Of a stretch of DNA of 64,000 bases, positions 59,501-64,000 are shown in pieces. A model generated the notes under the pieces. That model did not search any database. It was not told the DNA's origin and saw only the letters and a list, made by a program, of their open reading frames with translations. Origin of the DNA: Trichoplax sp. H2 (Eukaryota); the NCBI GenBank assembly GCA_003344405.1, contig NOWV01000012.1, positions 682,001-746,000 of the forward strand, in the 5' to 3' direction. A program made the position numbers and the translations under genes. Each line of letters begins with the position of its first letter. The first letter of the stretch is position 1.

Positions 59501-62500
59501 AATCGCAGTAAATTCAATTTCTTCCATAGTAAACTCTCATTATTGAATGATGCCACCGATAGTTTCAAGGAGAATAAAAAATAAGACGATGACACTAATT
59601 TGCAACTATAGTAAATTAGATTTCTTGAATAGTGAAATATCAGCATTGGATCATATTATTACCGATAGTTGCAAGGTAAAATAAGACCATGCGATAATAC
59701 TGATTTTGAAATGTAGCAAATTGAAATCCTTTGATATGTACAATAACAAGATTTGAAGGTAGAAGGTAGAATAGGAGAGTGCGATGATGCTGATTTAAAA
59801 TCACAGCAAATACAATTTCTTGGACAGTAAAGTATCAGTATTAAATGATATTATCAATAGTATCAAGATGGAATAGGATAATACAGTTACCTTTGTTTCT
59901 AAAGAGAGTAATTCAGACTTCGTATTATGAAGGTTAATTTAAGACAGAATATGACATTATCAGATCTAGAAGAGTTTATTATGATTACTCTAATTTAATG
60001 ACGGATTGAAATTCCATTATAGTAAAATAATTTTACAGCAATAGGGACATTTAGTATTAGTAAAGATAGTTTTAAGATGGAATAGGATTGCACGCTAACG
60101 TTTTAATGGTGCCAAATTGAAACTCGTTTATACTAAATTATCAGCTTTTGAGAATATTGCCAACAATTTCAAGATACATAGAATATAAGATGATCGAATA
60201 TAAATGAAGGACACTGGTAGATTACATTCGCCTTTAATCACTGTAAATTAGAAATTCCTTCCTAATAGAATATCACTATCGGCTGATATTAACAAATAAT
60301 TTCAAGATCACAGAACATTTAAACTTTTCCTAAATTTACATATCAAGTGAGAATAGTGCATTTTACATCGGATTTACTAAATCCATACCCTAGGTTGACA
60401 ATCTAGCCTGCCCATGATTTTTTGCCTACTATCATGTTGTGAATATGTATACTGTAGAATGTAGAACCTACTATACTTTTACTTTTATGCTAAGTTATAG
60501 CATTATAAACAATAATACAGTCTTAACACTGGATATTATTTTATTATCAGAATTTTTATTTAATCGATCGACATTTGATGGTATTTATTGGAATATTCAT
60601 TGCTAGAAGATTTCTATGGAAAATACTAAGGCTTGTACGTGAAAGAGATATATTCAATTTTTTATATTTTCCACTCAAGATAAATTGAATCATGTTTTAT
60701 TATAATCGTACCCCTTATAAGCGGTTAGAAACCAATATTAATGTACGTTATATCGTCTACTGATATCGTGTATATTGACTCTATTACTTCAAATGTAGAC
60801 AATGTTCTCAGAAGCCCAATTTTTTGCTGGATCCTTCATTATACAACTATATCGTTATTTGGTTTTACTCGTAATATCACTATTAATATGTTGGATATTT
60901 GCACATCTTTGCTTCACTCTGTCAAAAGAATGTCTATTTCTATTAATCATACCGTAAGTTTAATACTATGTTATGCATAAAGGAGCTATTTCTTTCCCAT
61001 CGTACTATATTACTTTTGCATTCGATTTCATCATTAAATTGATATTCGTACCAGTGTAACAGATTTAGTCCTCTTTCTATTTTGAAGGGTCGCGGCGTAC
61101 ATCCTTGTATTTGGACTGGGCTTTGAACCCCAACATCAAATGACAAAGAGGAGCAATATTCACCAAAGAGCTAGAATTTTTAGTCATAATTCCAACCAAT
61201 GCTCAAGTTCAGACCTAGATGGAGAAAATAGCATGCACATACATGATAATAATAAATTGAAACAGCCTATTGATACTTACTACAATTATGATAGTAATGA
61301 CAATAACTACAGCTGTAGACAAATTCAATTAGTACGATGCACACTTGATCCATATCTGGTTCGGCATGAAGTAGAAGTATTACATTGGGATTTTATTGAT
61401 AGAATCAAACATAGTATTGCAAATTGCATTATTGCCGCTTATTATATTGGTTATTTACCAACAAAAACTGCTAAGGTGAGCAATACTCTATTAAGGTTTA
61501 CTTGTATACATATAAATTATTGGTTTAAATTGTTACATTTTAAAGTAAATTAGAGCGCTTAATTTGATCAATTCAATTTTATGATTAGTTCATCTCAAGT
61601 CATGATAATATTTTTTTATTTTTTTAATAGACACAAATCTACTTCAGTGTATGGCATTGTTTTCTATACACAATTTTATTTTGCTTAAATTTATTCGTGG
61701 CTTTCTTGATGCAATTGTTTTCTTTACGATACTGTGATGAGTTGCATATGGCTGCTATTCATTTGGGTCAATGGAAGAGAATTAAATCTACAGATGCTAA
61801 GGATGCTCTAACGTAAGTATGCTGGCAAGGTGATTATAAGAAATTTGCTATGGCATAAGACTGTTTACTTACCTTAAGAAGAGTATTCTGTGTTGAAAAA
61901 AAGTCAATCGCTCACTTTTATGACCCATAGTTCTAGTTTAGCACAGTATAATCAAGATAATTTTTTCGTCTAAATTAGTATACCTACAGTATATAGTTGA
62001 GGAGGAATGTCATCTTTTCTGTTCATTTTTTTAGATGGTCTTCTCAAATAACGTGGCCTTGTGGAATGACAGTAATATACGGCCATAACCACTATATTTC
62101 AATTGGAATACAAAACGTAGCCATTCCGGATAGCATTTTACATTCAATATTTTATGTAAGTATCGTATTAAATTGTGTAATTTTACATATAGTGAGAACG
62201 GTAGAAGTGATATCCTTAGGAATTACTAAATTAGAGTCTTTGTAACATGCACTTATGTAAATAACTATATACAGTAATTGGAAATTGTCTCCTCTTTCTT
62301 TCTTGTATCGATATAGGTTCTGTTCAATACCCCTTTCAAATTTTTACAGTGGATAATAATCTTGCATGGATTATCTTTATTATATCATTTATCCCTTCTG
62401 TTAATCTCTCCGACACTAATCCAGATAGTGCTTTTGTCTATTTTGCTGTTGATTAATTACCATACATTTTTTGTACTCCTACGCAATTATTGGATTACAA

Positions 62501-62526
62501 AAGCATTACATAATGATAAACATTGA
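56596..62526 (+). CDS. TMEM39: Transmembrane protein 39 (ER membrane; single TMEM39A/B orthologue)
   Basis: Exons 56596-56756, 58684-58903, 60551-60634, 60799-60953, 61088-61475, 61631-61812, 62035-62154 and 62337-62526. Motifs SVLFE, NFYLID, ARR, CTLDPYLVRHEVE..DF..RIK..AYY, YCDELHMAAIHLGQW, NVAIPD, FYVLFNTP. Confidence 0.9.
59149..59468. repeat. Near-perfect 159 bp x2 duplication in TMEM39 intron 2, followed by degenerate related units to about 60330
   Basis: GAAAAGCGTAAATAGTACC at 59149 and 59308. ATCAGCATTGGAT..GATAGTTTCAAG..GAATAGGA-like motifs recur downstream. Confidence 0.9.
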
Positions 62527-63462
62527 GATAATAAAGACAAAATTTTGGCGATAATTAACGTATCTACTACTGTTCGACTGGCAATCTACGTATTTTGTCT
62601 GAATATGATCTACTCGTGCGTAGTATTTCTAGAGCTCAATTTTAAGCTAAAATTTTTACTTCATTTATGGATATTTAGCTCTACAGTATTTGTTTATATC
62701 TTTTGGAGGCTACGTATTTGAATATAGTTAGACTTGCTCTACAATTGAGTTAATGGTAATCTATTCACGTAGCAGCATCTACTCGTATATGCGCACGTTA
62801 TTCATCATAATAAGTTTTGGAAAGACCTGTATTTCCGGCGTATTTTTGCAATCGTATCATCTATATGAGTGCATCTATCAGATCGCTAGAATTTGATTGG
62901 TTTATGATTCGCATTGAACTGTTACCATCCTATGCTATCGAACAAAGTATTAAGTATAGTGATGGAAAGAGAATGCAAAGGAAGAAAGCCATACCACTTG
63001 ATATGCACTTTTACTGTAGCAATATGCATTGCAATTTTATTTAAGCAAGTATTCCATTATTTATTACCGTTATGATCAATAGCCCTATAGAAGACGTCTT
63101 TATTTACTAGTAGAATACGTGTATACGTATACATGCATTTTTTCTATTCATCATGATAACCATCAACTTGTAGCCAAGCATTGAGCAGAAATTTGCAATC
63201 TTTTAATCGATTCATTGAGACTTGCTTTTCCATATCAAACTGATCGATTTGCAATTGCAGCAATCTATAATCTTACTTTAGGAGGAGTATCCGTTTGCTG
63301 ATTATGGACAGCATTAGTAACCGATAATGTTATTTCAAGATGAGTGTCTATTTGCTGATCAGTACTGTTTACTAATTTCCATTTTATACGGAAATGTTAT
63401 TAGGAGTACTTTAAATGGAGAAGTTTGTCTGTCCAATTATAATTATATTTATCCACTCCTGA

Positions 63463-64000
63463 GGACAGTATTGCAGCCACACCTATCTGGAGCAGAGCGC
63501 CTATTTCCTATGCATACCCATAATATTGTCAGAATTAGAATGCATCGCTAGCAACTGGCGATCATTACTAGCTCTCCCTCTTATATTGATCCATTCCTAC
63601 GGACAGTATTGCAGCCACACCACCTGGAGCAATACCTATTTCCTATGCATACCCATAATATTGTCAGAATTAGAATGCAATCGCTAGCAACTGGCGATCA
63701 TTACTAGCTCTCTCTTATATTGATCCATTCCTATGGACAGTATTGCAGCCACACCATCTGGAGCAGAGTGCCTATTTCCTATGCATATCCATAATATTGT
63801 CAGAATTAGAATGCAATCGCTAGCAACTGGTGATCATTACTACCTCTCTCTCTACTATAGTCTCATAGGAGACGTTATTCGAGCTAGACCATAACCCATA
63901 ATATTGTCAGAATTAGAATGCAATCGTTAGCAACTGGTGATCATTACTAGCTCTCCCTTATATTGATCCATTCCTATGGACGGTATTGCAGCCATACCAT
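63463..64000. repeat. Tandem repeat, about 135 bp x4, running off the right edge
   Basis: GGAC(A/G)GTATTGCAGCCA at 63463, 63601, 63735 and 63978; CCATAATATTGTCAGAATTAGAATGCA appears in four copies. Confidence 0.92.

Noticed and set aside
59102-59527. 141-aa minus-strand ORF with an internal repeat
   Set aside because: Its length is explained by the 159-bp (53-codon) DNA duplication; no recognisable domain.
60631-60640. Possible GC donor in TMEM39 (AAG|GCTTGT)
   Set aside because: A canonical GTACGT donor four bases downstream gives the correct phase.

Overview
AT-rich, intron-dense eukaryotic (early-branching animal) genomic DNA. The compact introns, low GC and conserved metazoan gene set suggest a placozoan such as Trichoplax; this is inference, not proven. 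Nine spliced protein-coding genes can be read: MAP3K4/MEKK4 (-, runs off the left edge), ASCC3 (+), a BBOX1-like gamma-butyrobetaine dioxygenase (+), SMARCAD1 (-), an unnamed secreted kringle-kringle-jacalin-like protein (-), UFL1 (-), TFG (+), FAAP100 (-) and TMEM39 (+). Three head-to-head pairs (MAP3K4/ASCC3, UFL1/TFG, FAAP100/TMEM39) have promoter intervals rich in TACAG/CTGTA pentamer palindromes and local duplications. There are many tandem duplications of 130-510 bp. No rRNA, tRNA, CRISPR array or autonomous transposon was recognised. The best candidates for something undescribed are the kringle-jacalin secreted protein, the pentamer-palindrome promoter signature, and an unexplained GC-rich, hairpin-forming island at about 34.3-34.6 kb. 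All gene names come from recognising motifs, not from database searches.
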